NCBI RefSeq assembly: GCF_001194135.2
Contig: NC_068988.1
Span: 13,250,650-13,314,649, forward strand
Origin: Octopus bimaculoides
Lineage: Eukaryota
DNA: 64,000 nt
Direction: 5' to 3'
The notes beneath the pieces were generated by a model. It was not told the DNA's origin. It saw only the letters and a program-made list of their open reading frames with translations, and did not search any database. This document shows, piece by piece, positions 27,115-44,340 of the stretch. The position numbers and the translations under genes were made by a program. Positions within the stretch are counted from its first letter, which is position 1; every line of letters starts with the position of its first letter.

Positions 27115-28329
27115 TCAACTTTGCCTTTCATCCTTTCACAATTGATAAACCAGTCATGTACTGAGACTGGCGTAATCTACTAGCCTCCTTCTTTCAAAAT
27201 TTCTAACTTTATGCCAAAATTAGAAAGAATTATTTTTATTATTATTGAAATGTGGGCATTCTTAGAATGGTCTATGTAATATCTTGAACACTTTGAGTTA
27301 GTGAAGTGATCCTTTTTTAAATTAGTAATTCTTACTTCATTTTCCCTGTCAGTATGTAAGGTTTATTTCATAACTATTAGTATCTTTACACAAATTTATG
27401 TAAGAGTTGGGTGAAAACATCATCACCATCTCCATCATCTGTATGGATTTTTATAGTCCTTTATGACTGTGTACCTTTCATTCTATGATCAACATTTTAT
27501 ATTGTTTTGGCAGATGAAAGAAACCTATATGTGAATTCTTTCTTGTGTAAAGGGATATTGATAAAGTATTTATAATTAATAGGGTAAAGGCAAACTCGTT
27601 GTCCGCTAGTGATATATTTTGTAGTTGTCTTTTATTCATTTTATTTTAGCTAGGTAAGGGTACACCCTGATATTTTGTTTCCACCATCCTTTCTTCCTTT
27701 CCTGCTGAGGTATCCATGTATCTTCTCTACAACAAGAGACCTGTTCCTGTTCCCTAATTTAGACTCTCTACACCTGGTACAATGCCACCTCCCTCAATAT
27801 GGGGAGGTGACATTGTACCACAAAAAAAGCATCCAGATACTCTGTAAAGTGACTGGCATTAGGAATAGTGTCCAGAACTAGAAATCTTGCTAATGCAGAT
27901 ATTGGAGACCAACACAACCCTCAGGCTAGTCAGATCCTATCGAACTGCCCAGCCTATGGACCACAGACATTAAATGGTGGCATCAATGACAATGACACTG
28001 ACAAAAATGATAACAACATTATGAAAGATATATTATTGCTGATGTCTTTCTCCTTTCACGTGCAATTAAAACGATCCATGTGCAATGAGAGTCTAGAGCA
28101 TGAAGTTCAGAACATTCAATTATTGGAATATATTTCAGCATTATTATCTCATTTTGTGTCATCGTTCTGGATCTTCTACTTTTATGAGCTTAGTAAACCA
28201 CAAATTTCCAGGATTCTTCATTAAATAAGAGTTGGTCCCACAATTATAAGTATTCTCTGTATGGGTTTTAGATTCTCCTTCATTAGTCCTTTAACTGGAG
28301 CAGTAGACTTCCAAGAAAACATAGAGCAA

Positions 28330-28800
28330 CTAGTGTCTCCTTATTCAAAATCTGTGTTTTTATAACCCTCTATGCATAGTATAACCCACATGCCTGTGCA
28401 TTAAATCATCTCTAAGGCCCAGTTTCAAATGACCTGGCTTCACTTCATTCTATGTTTTTATTAACAACAGGTATCTTCTACTATCACCACATGAAGATAT
28501 TCCAACTAGTATTTGTCTTCTAGTCACACATACCCATATCATTAGAGATTCTCCTGCATACATCAACTAATATCTTTAATACCAGCTTCTCATTTATATT
28601 CTGCCTTTTATGTGAGATAACTTAATGCATCAATCAAATTGTACTCAAATTATTTCCCTCTTGCAACTTCAGATCTTCCATATTCAGTGTCCATGTCTCA
28701 TTACCAACTAACATCACACCTTCGCACATACAGAGACATCATTTGTTTCCAATAGCAATGACATTTCTCTGACTTTGTTTCAATCTTTTCATTGTAGCTA
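28330..28800 (-). mobile_element. Decayed RTE RT C-terminal fragment
   Basis: The minus strand contains GNETWTLNMEDLKLQ (GSETW motif) followed by a degenerate RTE 3' ORF. Confidence 0.55.
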
Positions 28801-29019
28801 CTGTGTTAAAATAGACAGGACATAAACATTACTGAAAATCCAATTATACACAAATATACATAAATAGGATTGAATATAACTTGTATAGATGGAGATTTTC
28901 TCACTATCAGTATGGTCGGAATAGGAGTGTTTGGTAGCAATATGCATTTGGAGATTATGAAGGTAGTTAGGTCTGTAGTGTATATATCCACTTATATCTA
29001 CATCATTATTTCTACCAAG

Positions 29020-29285
29020 AATGTTGGTTAGCTGATCTTAATGGAGTCGTGTCCCTTATTTATTGTTTTCAGAGTTGCTCCAGTCCACTCAGCTGGCAAA
29101 TATGAGTTGTACCTGTAACTCAAAGAGCCATCCTTGTTACATTTTGTATCCTGCTGAATCTCTCTGAGAACTACATTAAGGGTACACGTGTCTGTGGAGT
29201 GCTCAGCCACTGCCAATTACATGAGCAAGCTGTTCCATTGATTGGATCAACTGGAATCCTTGTCATCCTAACCGACAGAGTGCCA
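29020..29285 (+). mobile_element. SINE (CORE-like middle plus ggagtgctcagccac..gatcaactgg tail)
   Basis: ttgctccagtccactcagctggc middle; the 3' module is homologous to the reverse complement of 51256-51430. Confidence 0.7.
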
Positions 29286-29894
29286 GTTGTGTGTATATAT
29301 ATATATATATATATGAGAGGGCAGATAGCCAAGTTGATGGCATGCCAGACATCCCAATCAAGAGGTTGATAATTGTATGATTTATAAAGCAGGTTCTACT
29401 CATATTTGATGTTTGAATGCTTACCTAACATATGCCTAACATACAAATTTAAGTTACATATATATGTCTGTGTGTGTGTTGAAACATATCAACTGAGGAC
29501 GGTCATGCATAAGGAATGTTTTTCCCATTATATGTTATGCAATGTTCTGAAATGTATGTGTATTAAACGCTATCCAATTATCATTTGGCTTGACTTCATT
29601 ATTATAACACACACACACACGCGCATGCGCACGAACCATTCTACTTGTATTAGAATGGAAAAATGAGACATAAAACATAAAAAATATGTAATCATGATGA
29701 AAATTTCCTTTCAGTTATAATCTCATAGCAAAATAAAATTCTTCTAAGGAACAGAAACTCATGTTGTCTCCCAATAGGAACTGACCCACCAGAAGGGTGA
29801 GATACAGAACTAGAACCTGTAAAGCAGCTTGTTCTGTATCTCATTGTTTTGAGTTCAGTTCCCATCAGAAATCTCTCTGTTACTGAGCCTTGTA

Positions 29895-30090
29895 ATACCA
29901 TCCCACCTGATACCTTAGTTCTATGATACTATCTTCCTATTTTAAAGAGATTTTAATTAAAACCTTCCATCGAAATTTCATGTCAGCTTATGTCCTGAAC
30001 ACTAGCTTGATAATGACAAAGTTATTTTACTGAATACACTCGAAAGAAAGTCAGTTTATTTCCACAGGAATATTAGTAGCAAAATGGTTA
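29895..30090 (+). mobile_element. piggyBac-like MITE family A; other copies at ~18355-18510, 45393-45857, 48938-49150
   Basis: Shared ggttctatgata..aaaaccttccatcaaaatttcatgt..ttaataatgacaaagttattttact; ends ..aaatggTTAA. Confidence 0.7.
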
Positions 30091-31809
30091 ATACCAAATT
30101 TATTGATTTAATAGTGATAACAGTTTCTTGTATTAGCACAAGACTACAGATTTGTAGGGAACATATCTTAGTTTATTGAATCAATCTCAGTATTTTGTTT
30201 ACTGGCACTTATTTACTCTAAAAAGTAAAAAAAAAAGGCCAAGTCAAAAATGTAATCACAATAAACCCTCATTATTTCTCTCATATATTCAGTAATAATT
30301 ATTAATATTTTGTGCTGCCTTACTCTAGCCACAGGGCACAATAGCTACTTCTTTGTCTTCACTATCTATACCCCTAAATGTAGGCTTTGTAGTTAATATA
30401 CTAATGTATCTAATGTATGTCTGTTGTTAGCCAAAATAGAGAATATATGCCAACACAAGGTTATCTGGCCAATATAAGGTTAGCCAATGTCATTTGGACT
30501 ATATTCAGGGACATAAATATACAAGTCAATAATAAATAGTGCAATCACATCCTATACCCAGTGACTAAACACAATCAATAAAGTATACTGTAGGGTATTT
30601 TTGAGAATAAATTTCACAGATGCACCATTTGCATGAAGACATAAAAGAAAGAAGAAATAGTGTTAACATATTCAACATAGTTAGCAGTAACAAGCTAATT
30701 AGAAATGGGATCAGATAAGAAGGTTAGTGGGATCAAAACCATAGTTTGGACTCGGTGTAACAGTGTGGCACCTTTGGCAACTGGAGCTTTATAATAAACT
30801 TAATTGTGTGGAAAGCCATCATGTGTGCATAGATACAGACATGGGTGTGTGGTTGAGAAGTTTGCTTCCCTGCCACAGGGTTTCAGGTTCAGTATCTTTT
30901 GTGGCACCTTTGAGAAACGTCTTCTACTATGGTGCTGGGTCAACTTAGATTTTGTATGTGGATTTGTTAGATGGATTCTGAAAGAAAACGATTGTCTGTG
31001 TGTGTAGTGAAAGGAAATAGGGATTGAAGCAGTCCAGGTGAATAACTGCTATACTCCATGTGATGAACCTGGCTAACAGAATGAGCATTGAAAACCATAG
31101 TAATCCATATGGGTTACATATATCTTGTGAATGGTATAAACTGTAAATCTGAAGTTATTCACCAATTGAGAGTGATTTTTGTAACTGGATGCCCTTCCAA
31201 ATGCCAACCACTTTACGGTGTGGACTGGATGCTTTTTACATGGCACCAGCACTGGCGCTGTAGAAGAGGTGCATGGTTACCCGGTCAGAGAGAGGGAGGG
31301 AGTGATCAAGAATGTGAACAGAAACAGGTGTGTTGCTGTAGAGGAGATACATGGTTACCCAGTCAGAGGGAAGAGGGCAGGAGAGAGATGGTGGTGAAGT
31401 ACCAGAGTATACTCACAAAGAGTGGGGATCAGTATATAAATGGGATGGTAGCATAGAGTGAAATGCCTGGGCATACTCTCAAGGTATAGAGTCAGAATAT
31501 AAATGGTAGGATATCATCAAAGGTGGTGTGTGAGTAGGGAGTAGAGACTTCACATGGATGCAAAGAGTGTGGGAGTGGGGAATGCAGTGACTGGTGAAAC
31601 CTGGGTGTATAGAGGGGGTGGAGGACTATAGGATAGCATTGGTACAGTGAGCAGGACAGTGAGGATAGAATTGGGGAGTGAGTGCATGAAAAGAAGAAAT
31701 ATGAGGAAGAGAAGAGATGTAGTCTGTTGGGGTAGGGTGTGTGAAAAGTTTTATTGTTAGATGTGGGTGGAAAACAATGCTTCTAGAACTGAGTTTCACT
31801 GATGTGGAT

Positions 31810-32334
31810 GGGTCTTCTCAAGAACCTCATATCACCAGACATCTCAGTCCATTGTCATCTCCTCCATGAGGCCCAACATCCTGAGATCAGTCTCCACCAC
31901 TTTATCCCATGTCTTTCTGGGTCTCCCTCTTCTACAGGGGCCATCCATTTTCAGTGATCAGTATTTTTTTTATACAGCTGTCTTCATTCATATGCATCAC
32001 ATGTCCAAACCAATGCATTCTTCTCTCTTGCGTGCTGCATCTGATTCCTCTTATCCCCAACTTTTCTCTCAACACATTTGCACTTTGTTGTACATGCACA
32101 CTGATGTTGCACATCCAACGAAGAAGCATACTTCCTTCATTCCATAGACATGCATGTCTTCTGCATTCTGCCCATGTCTCACTACCGTGGAGTATAGCCA
32201 TTTGTATACAAGCATCATACAATGTATCTTTGACTCTGAGAGAAAGTCCTTTTGTTGCCAACAGGGTTAATATCTCTCTGAACTTCCTCCATCCTATTCT
32301 TATTCTAGAGACAATAGTTTCAGAACATCCTTCA

Positions 32335-32338
<4 letters not shown>
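31810..32338 (-). mobile_element. RTE LINE 3' ORF fragment
   Basis: ORF 31932..32462: RIRIGWRKFREILTLL..LYDACIQMAILHGSETW..MLLRWMCNISV..LREKLGIRGIR..RMHWFGHVMHM. Confidence 0.9.
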
Positions 32339-32388
<50 letters not shown>

Positions 32389-32479
32389 NNNNNNNNNNNN
32401 NNNNNNNNNNNNNNNNNNNNNNNNNNNNNNNNNNNNNNNNNNNNNNNNNNNNATATATACACACACCTAAGTAAACATA

Positions 32480-32725
32480 AATGTAAAACAAGGTGGGAAA
32501 AATAGTACTTGAATACTGGAGGTAAAATAATATACTTATTTCTTAATTTCGTAATAGTACTTATTTCTTTATTACTTAATAGTACTAAATACTGGAGGTA
32601 GAGTAATATACTTTATTTTTTAATCTAAACTGTCTGATGAATGGGAACGTGAAACTCTGAGTAGCAGTTTTTTTGCAATATTTTTGTGATGGTTTTGCAG
32701 CCTTAATAATAATAAAGTATATATA
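32480..32725. mobile_element. Penelope-type pLTR-like remnant carrying the hammerhead
   Basis: ~40-bp direct repeat (32501-32541 / 32578-32618); a 12-bp inverted repeat atatactttatt/aataaagtatat brackets the HHR. Confidence 0.55.
32627..32670 (+). ncRNA. Minimal type I hammerhead ribozyme (Penelope/retrozyme type)
   Basis: AAACUGU-CUGAUGA-AUG(GGAA)CGU-GAAA-CUC(U)GAG-UA^GCAGUUU: intact core, 7-bp stem I, 3-bp stem II with a GNRA loop, near-palindromic stem III and a GUA cleavage triplet. Confidence 0.8.
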
Positions 32726-33149
32726 AATATATGTATGCATTTTGTGATGTCTACAATATATAAATATTCTGTAAATGTCTGAAGAATTTAGAGACTTCAG
32801 GAGAACATGAAATAATTCTTTTTTGGAACAATGAAACTTGTAGGAATAAAGCTATAAATGATAGCATGTAAATATTGGGTTAAAAAGCCCTTTGGATAGA
32901 AAAAGTCAAGTGCTTATATCTTTTACTATCCATGATGAAGTATTCCAACTTCACTAAGATTAATCTTTGGTCTTTGAATGAAGTGATTAGTCTATAACCA
33001 GCATCATCATTGTTTAGATATTCTGATATAAAATGCATAAATACAATATTTCTCTAAAATATTCTAATTTTCTATACCAACTGGTTTTTAGCATTGTACA
33101 TCTACTTAGTAACATTTTCATTGCTACTTTGCTAAATACATTGATGTCT

Positions 33150-33198
33150 GCATTTTACTGATGAGGTCCAAATAAGACCAAAACATGTCATGAGATGC
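33150..33198 (+). ncRNA. Degenerate type I hammerhead ribozyme
   Basis: CUGAUGA-GGUC(CAAAUAA)GACC-aAAACAUGUC-AUGAGAUGC: G12 mutated to A, palindromic ACAUGU stem III, GUC triplet, stem I out of register by 1 nt. Confidence 0.6.
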
Positions 33199-34678
33199 CT
33201 CCCATTCTTTCAGGAAAAATTTAGTCATTGTAATAATATCGTCTTTTCCGTATCTCATAATTATTTTTAATTAGCCTTTTGAGGCTCACTACATTAATAT
33301 TTGGAAAAAAATTCTGTAGGAGTCTGAGAGAACTATTCTTGATAATACACTGGACATTGTCTATAAATACAGGTAAACAAATTCTGCTATAAACAGAACC
33401 ACACTTACTAACAGACTGGAAATTAAATACAAGAGTACTGACAACTGAACAAAATATAAGGACTCACAAACAGAAATGGCATGGAAGTTGAGAATTATTA
33501 CAATGAGCTTTGAGGCCCAAAGAATCAGCTTGAAAGTATTCTATGTCCCTGCAATGTCCAACATACAGAAACCTGCTCTTCTGGACACATCCCATATCAT
33601 ATATAAACCATTGACAGAGCCAGTCTTCTGTCTTGGAACACATTAAAGTCTCTCTAGAATTAAGACGTCATTGATGAATTGCAATAGGAAAGACAAACAA
33701 CAATGTTAATTATCATAAAAAGTAAATATAAAGATAATTGCAACTGTAATTATTCTTAACTTATTATTTCATTTTGTTTTCATCATCATCATCATAGAAC
33801 CATTTTCCATACTGTCATGGGTTGAACAGTTTGACAGGATCTATCAAGTTGCAGGATTGCATCAAGCGCCAGTGTTAGCTTTGGCATAATTTCTAAAGAT
33901 GGATGTCCTTCCTCATGCCAACCACTTTTCACTGTATATTGGTGCTTTTTTCACGCCATCAGTACTAGTGAGATCTCAGTGGTCCAGGCTCTCGGTCTTT
34001 CTATCTATTTATATTATATCTATATGCACAGTCAACTACCAAAATAAACTGTGTTTGCTTGTTGCGGCTGCCTAGTCCCAGGTCAGCTCTGACTGAGCAA
34101 GACTTATAATCAAAGACATTCCACTTATAACAATCCTATCTTTTTCCCAATAAACCCAGGGGCATATTATTCAATATGTTGTGTTTTAAGGCAATAAAAT
34201 GTGATTTACTGAAGAGTTGGCTGCTGATTTTACCAGGTCAGATCACCTTGTAGATTCTGCCTCGTTTAGTCATTCTGCGAAAAATCAAATTACCACTTTC
34301 ATTTCATACTTGAGTAAATTATGTTAAAAAGACAAGAATCAATAAAAAAATATCTGTTGCATCAAATCATGCAGATTGTCTATTTTGGCAGAATCATATG
34401 TCTCAAGCCACCAGTGACTGAAAAACATGAAAAAAAAAAAAAATGGATGTGGAATGCTTAGACCTGAGATGATGTTTTTTCAGCACGTATTAATTTTAAC
34501 TACTTTCACAAAATAATGCAACAGTAGCAGAAAAACTATTGATTTAGATATTAATGGTATTTGCTATTTATAGCTGTTATTATTTCAACAAGTCATACAC
34601 ACCAAATTATTAATAAAATTGTTATTTCTAATCTAAACCTCTTCTCATATATTTATATCAATTTCTGCTGTCTTGTAG

Positions 34679-34803
34679 GTGCACACAAATCAAGACATAT
34701 TCCTGGGATAATGCACAAGTAGTTTTAGTGGGCAATAAGTGTGACTTGGAAGAAGAACGTGTGGTGTCTACTGAACGAGGAAAACAACTGGCTGATCAGC
34801 TAG
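34679..34803 (+). CDS. Rab3: Rab3 coding exon 3 (125 nt)
   Basis: tcttgtAG acceptor; (W)[41 protein letters not shown](G), with the NKCD G4 motif; GTAAGT donor; phases match exons 2 and 4. Confidence 0.97.
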
Positions 34804-36059
34804 GTAAGTGGAGATTTTTTTTTTTTTAGTGGTGAGGCTTGTATTTTGTGGAAAGGTTTATAATAATTATGACATTACAAATTTGAATAGCTGTTTGTAT
34901 GGGCAAGGTGGTGAACTGGTCAAACTGTTACCACAGTGGACAAAATGCTTAGTGGCATTTCTTCTGACTCCATGTTCTGTGTCTAAATGCCACCTGTGTC
35001 AACTTTGCCTTTCATCCTTTTGGGGTTGATAAAATAAGTACCAGTTGAGCACTGGGGTTGATGTAATCAACTTACTTCCTCTCCTAAAATTACTGGCCTT
35101 GTGCCAAAATTTGAAACCAATATCTGTTTGTATGTGTATATGTGATATAAAATTATATTGATATTTATTGATTTATGTTTAAAGTATGTGAACACTTGCA
35201 AAAACAATTTCACATCAGTCTTAGCTTTGTAGGGGAGATTGATATGGGAGTTTTGGTATACAAGCCTTTTTCTAAAGGCATGAGAAGCAAAAGTGAAACA
35301 GTTTCACCTAAGAATTGAAGTTAGACAAATGACTTTTTTATTTTGCTTAGTCGGGAAGAAGAGCTTGTAGCCCTTTTCAGAAAGCTGAATCAATTGAGAG
35401 GAGTTACAACTAGTTAAAATCTCCAGGTAGTTTAAATATACAAGTCGCCAATGTCCAAGTAGCTAAAAAGTGTCAGCAGAAAGGCACCCAGAAATCATGA
35501 CCTGAATGTGGCCTTGCCCTCTTAGAGTGTAAGAAGTTAAGAGTCGAAACACTTGCCTAAGGTGGGTTTCTTGTCTGAAGACCTTCTGCTGTTCAAGTCT
35601 CTTGAGAGTTTCTTACCATGATAAGAAGGAAGAGAGTATTCTCAAAGTGGAACCCTAACCCAAATGCCTGATACAAAGTGGACTCCACTGAAGGCATACA
35701 AAACCAAGTGGTGGTGTTAAACTGGGTGATAGGTTTAAGTCCACCTCAAATAGAAAATAAGAGGAGCAGCATTTGAACTGAAAACATAAAGAGATGGAAC
35801 AAATTCCACAAGGCGTCCTCTCTGATGCTCTAACAATTCTGCCAGTCCACTGCCTTAGGGTGGTACATTATTTGTTGAGCCAATCAACCATCTTGAATTG
35901 GTACCTTTTTATTAACTCCAAAAGGTCAAAAGACAAGCTTGTCCAAATTAACCTGTTTGTGTATGTATATAAGTGTTGATTTTTGGTTTCTTCTATTTCC
36001 TATTATATACATTGTATCTGCTTTTAACAATTAAAATAATCATATTTGTCTCTTGATAG

Positions 36060-36250
36060 GTTTGGAATTTTTTGAGACGTCTGCAAAGGAAAATATCAAT
36101 GTGAAAGCTGTATTTGAGCGATTGGTGGACATCATATGTGATAAGATGTCTGAAAGTCTTGATTCGGATCCTACTCTTGTCAACAGCCAAACTAAGGGAA
36201 CTCGTCTGACAGAGAACCCCAACCCGCAGAATAGTAGCTGTCAGTGTTAG
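36060..36250 (+). CDS. Rab3: Rab3 coding exon 4 to stop; the spliced CDS is 660 nt / 219 aa
   Basis: cttgatAG acceptor; (G)[62 protein letters not shown], with the ETSAK G5 motif and the CxC geranylgeranylation motif. Confidence 0.98.
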
Positions 36251-41060
<4,810 letters not shown>

Positions 41061-41499
41061 TAAAGACACTCCATGTATACTTCATTACAATGACCTTAAA
41101 GTTAAAACTTTGTTACATTTCCATATATAATTGTTTTATCCTTCAACATGAACAAAGGATGTATCTTGACTTGTGCCATTTTCACTAAATATTACTATTA
41201 AAATTTAGAGATCAATAGGTTCACTGCTAACTCAGTTTCTATAAAATTTGTCCTTTTCTTTCTCAAAGTATGAATCAAATAGGGACAAAAGGTCATACAA
41301 TAACTAATTGATAAATGAAAAAATTGCTTATCAATCACATAATAGGAGCCAGTGTTTGCTGATATAGCTTCAAAACTTGAGAAATCAATATTTGCCCTTT
41401 TGCTGACTTTCAACTATTAGTCACAATACCAGTCAATAGTGTTTGATGTGCCGAACATTAATAAACTCTACATAAGAAAAAATCCTTGAAATTTGTATA

Positions 41500-42020
41500 A
41501 AATATTTCTAGTAAATAACTATCTAACATGTCTTGCTCATAAGAATAGTTTCATTTTAACAGACTTCCATAGTAATGATGAAATATTTAGTGTGAAATTA
41601 CTACTCTGCTTGTTAATCTAAGAGCAGTTTCAGTTGATATTCAACTGCAGAAAGAGTTTAGATCATATAAAGCTCTTGACCATTAACGAGGGTGAAAGCT
41701 ATCAATTTGTTCTAATGATGGCACACAAATCAAACAGGTCAGTGACATCAAGTACCTACATTGCTGACGATATGAAAGACTTCCTGACATGCAAGGGACA
41801 AGCCTATATTATTTGTAACAAGCTTTAAAACATTTTGCAATTAAGTATTTCAAATTCAGTAAGGCTGGCTTTCAAAGCATGTTCTAAGAGTGTCTTCTCT
41901 GGGGAATCAAAACCTGGACTATGAAGAAAGAGCTTCAAGATCACCTTGATTGTACATACATGATCTGGTGAAATACATCTTGGTTGTGACCACCTGAAAA
42001 GAAGATTACTTCATGTTTTA
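41500..42020 (+). mobile_element. Decayed RTE-clade RT fragment
   Basis: DGTQIKQVSDIKYL..DDMKDFLTCKGQAYIICNKL..KTWTMKKELQDHLDCTY, similar to the RTE YLGS/SETW region. Confidence 0.65.
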
Positions 42021-44118
42021 AAAGCAATATTCTGGCAAGTTATGTGCATATAGGTTTGGGTACATATTAAGCTGCTACAAAAAAAAAAACGAAACTGAAC
42101 ACAAAAATTTTAATACTTTTCTTCTCAGCACAACGTAGATTCTATGAATCTTTGAAACAAAGATCATTTGTTTGTTTGTAGTTTTTCCCATACTACATGG
42201 GTTAGATAAAGACTTATTACTATGGCAGTTTTATTGCCAGGTACCATTCCTTATCACTAACCTTTACCTATTTTACAAGAGATATTTTATTCTACTTGTC
42301 TCCAAAATCACAGAGCAAACAAAGCAATACTTGTGTTTTTATTATTCTCAAATGATTTTATGCAGAGTGTAAACATTCACACTCGTACACACACACACAA
42401 GCATACATATATGATGGACTACCACACAATTTCTTTCTACTAATTTCATGTAGAAGGCATTGACCAGCTCAGGCCTTGCCTAATGGGCCACCCAGTGATT
42501 ACAAAGCAATCTCCATATCTATACAGAATCCTAGTCAATCAAATATGGATTGATTAATGTACAGGATTAATAAATCACAGAATTATGTAATACTAATGTA
42601 TCTGAATGTCAAGCCCCTCTTGAATTTCTTTCATGCATTTGTTGATTTACAAAGGTTGAAAAAGAAACATCAGTGGTAGGTATCAATGTCATCCATTAAG
42701 ACATCTTGAACAATCAAAACGAAATCTTTTTCTATTGCTGCCATAAAGGTCTCTGTTCCTTGGAGTTGTTTGGACTCCTGTCATCTCCACTCAGGCATTC
42801 CTGCCTCATTTGTCTCACAAACCTTGTTGTACTTCAACTTTCTAGAACCTACATTAATCACTGAGCTCAGTCATTCCTTCCCAGAATGTTGGCCCTTCTT
42901 GAATTCCCTCCTTGCACATATCTTTCCTGCTGATGCTGAATTACAAAGGTTCAAAGAGAAACATTAATGGCATCAATATGAAGTCTTGGAGGAATTGCAA
43001 AAAACCGTGTGTACTATTCCTTCCTTCACAAACAGCAAATGAAACAAATTTTATATTGTCACCAATATAAAATTTATTTACTGTACTTTCTCTGATGGCT
43101 CGGTTGCAATTCATCAGCTAAAGTACATGTATGAAGAGAGGAGGAGATGTCATCAGCAACTCCCTGTGGCTGTTGTTTAGGGTCACTTTCAGTGACACAG
43201 GATTTCCTATCTTATATCAATCTTTTCAGCTATGTCCACTCATATGAATCTTGTCAGCTGTGTCCGCTCCCATGAAAAACAATGTGCTGGAGACAGAGGA
43301 GGATGAATATCTTGAATCGATGCTGTCATAAGTGAGTTATCTGATAGCATAAAAGACACACAGGTATATTAGATGCCAGGGACAGTGCTACAAAGTGTGG
43401 AGCCCAATTAGAGAATTACCAGTGAGACACTCTGCTCTACAAAAGCTGAATAGTGATGTTTTATGCTTCATGTATTACACTAGTCCCAGCCAAAAAGCAT
43501 TGAGGGCTTGAGGCTCCACCATTAACCACAATGATATGTTAAAAATTCATCATAGCATCCTCTACTTGAGCATGTGTGTGAGGCCCTATCTTGGTGCAGG
43601 GCCCAATTTTAACAAATCTGTCTAATTTGCTTAAAACCAGCCCTGTTAGACACACCTCTATTTCAGCTGCACATATTCAAGGAAAATGTCTTTGGTGCAT
43701 ATGATATAGACCCAACTTCACACATAGGACCCAGGCTATTTTTTTTGAGATAATCTTTTTGGAAAAGCAGTGTCTCATATGCCATCAAATACAGCCTTTA
43801 AATTATTTCCATTTTACAATTTATTAGTTAATAAGTAAATGTTAACTTATGCTAATTAATTTTAATTCAAATTATTTATTTATGCAACTGTTTGAGTTTA
43901 GCAGATTTCTCTGACATATTGCATAATAGTAATAATTTCTTATTGTTCCAACGAGGAAAATGTAAGTTATATAGAGTAAAGAGATATTGACATTAAATAC
44001 ATTTTTCTGAAAAAATATTGCTGTACTGTTTGTCTAGTTTCTGAATTAGATAAGAAAAGTTTTATAGATGACAACATTATCCACTAGTCTTCTTGAGCCT
44101 ATGGCAGAACCTCTATAT

Positions 44119-44340
44119 CAGTGATTCCCAATGTAGGGTATATGCCTCACTGGTGGTGCTTGGGAAAATTGTGGTGGGGCATGGGATCGTTTTTTTTTTT
44201 TTTGTGGGACATGGAATTGTGAATATCCTTTTTTCACAGCAAACATACTACACCTATACTTTTTTTCCAACCACTGGTGGGGCATACATTTTTCTGAAAA
44301 GTTATAGTGGGGCCTGGGAGAAAATAGGAAGGGAAACATT
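44119..44340. mobile_element. hAT (Charlie-like) MITE
   Basis: Termini CAGTGATTCCCAA ... GGGAAACATTG. Confidence 0.55.

Larger units (their letters stand above)
25190..27245 (+). mobile_element. Head-to-tail cluster of about six CORE-type SINEs with (ATT)n tails (~25192, 25425, 26235, 26478, 26785, 27065)
   Basis: Repeated ttctgagttcaaat..aggtcaactttgcctttcatcc..gataaaataagtaccag..gcactggggtcgat units. A further full copy lies at 34900-35125. Confidence 0.85.

Noticed and set aside
41764-41790. CTGACGA-tat-GAAA hammerhead-like core
   Set aside because: No stem II or stem III can form, and it lies within RTE coding relic sequence.
42740-43330. GC-richer intergenic block as a possible exon or pseudogene
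   Set aside because: No recognisable peptide in any frame and no consistent splice sites.
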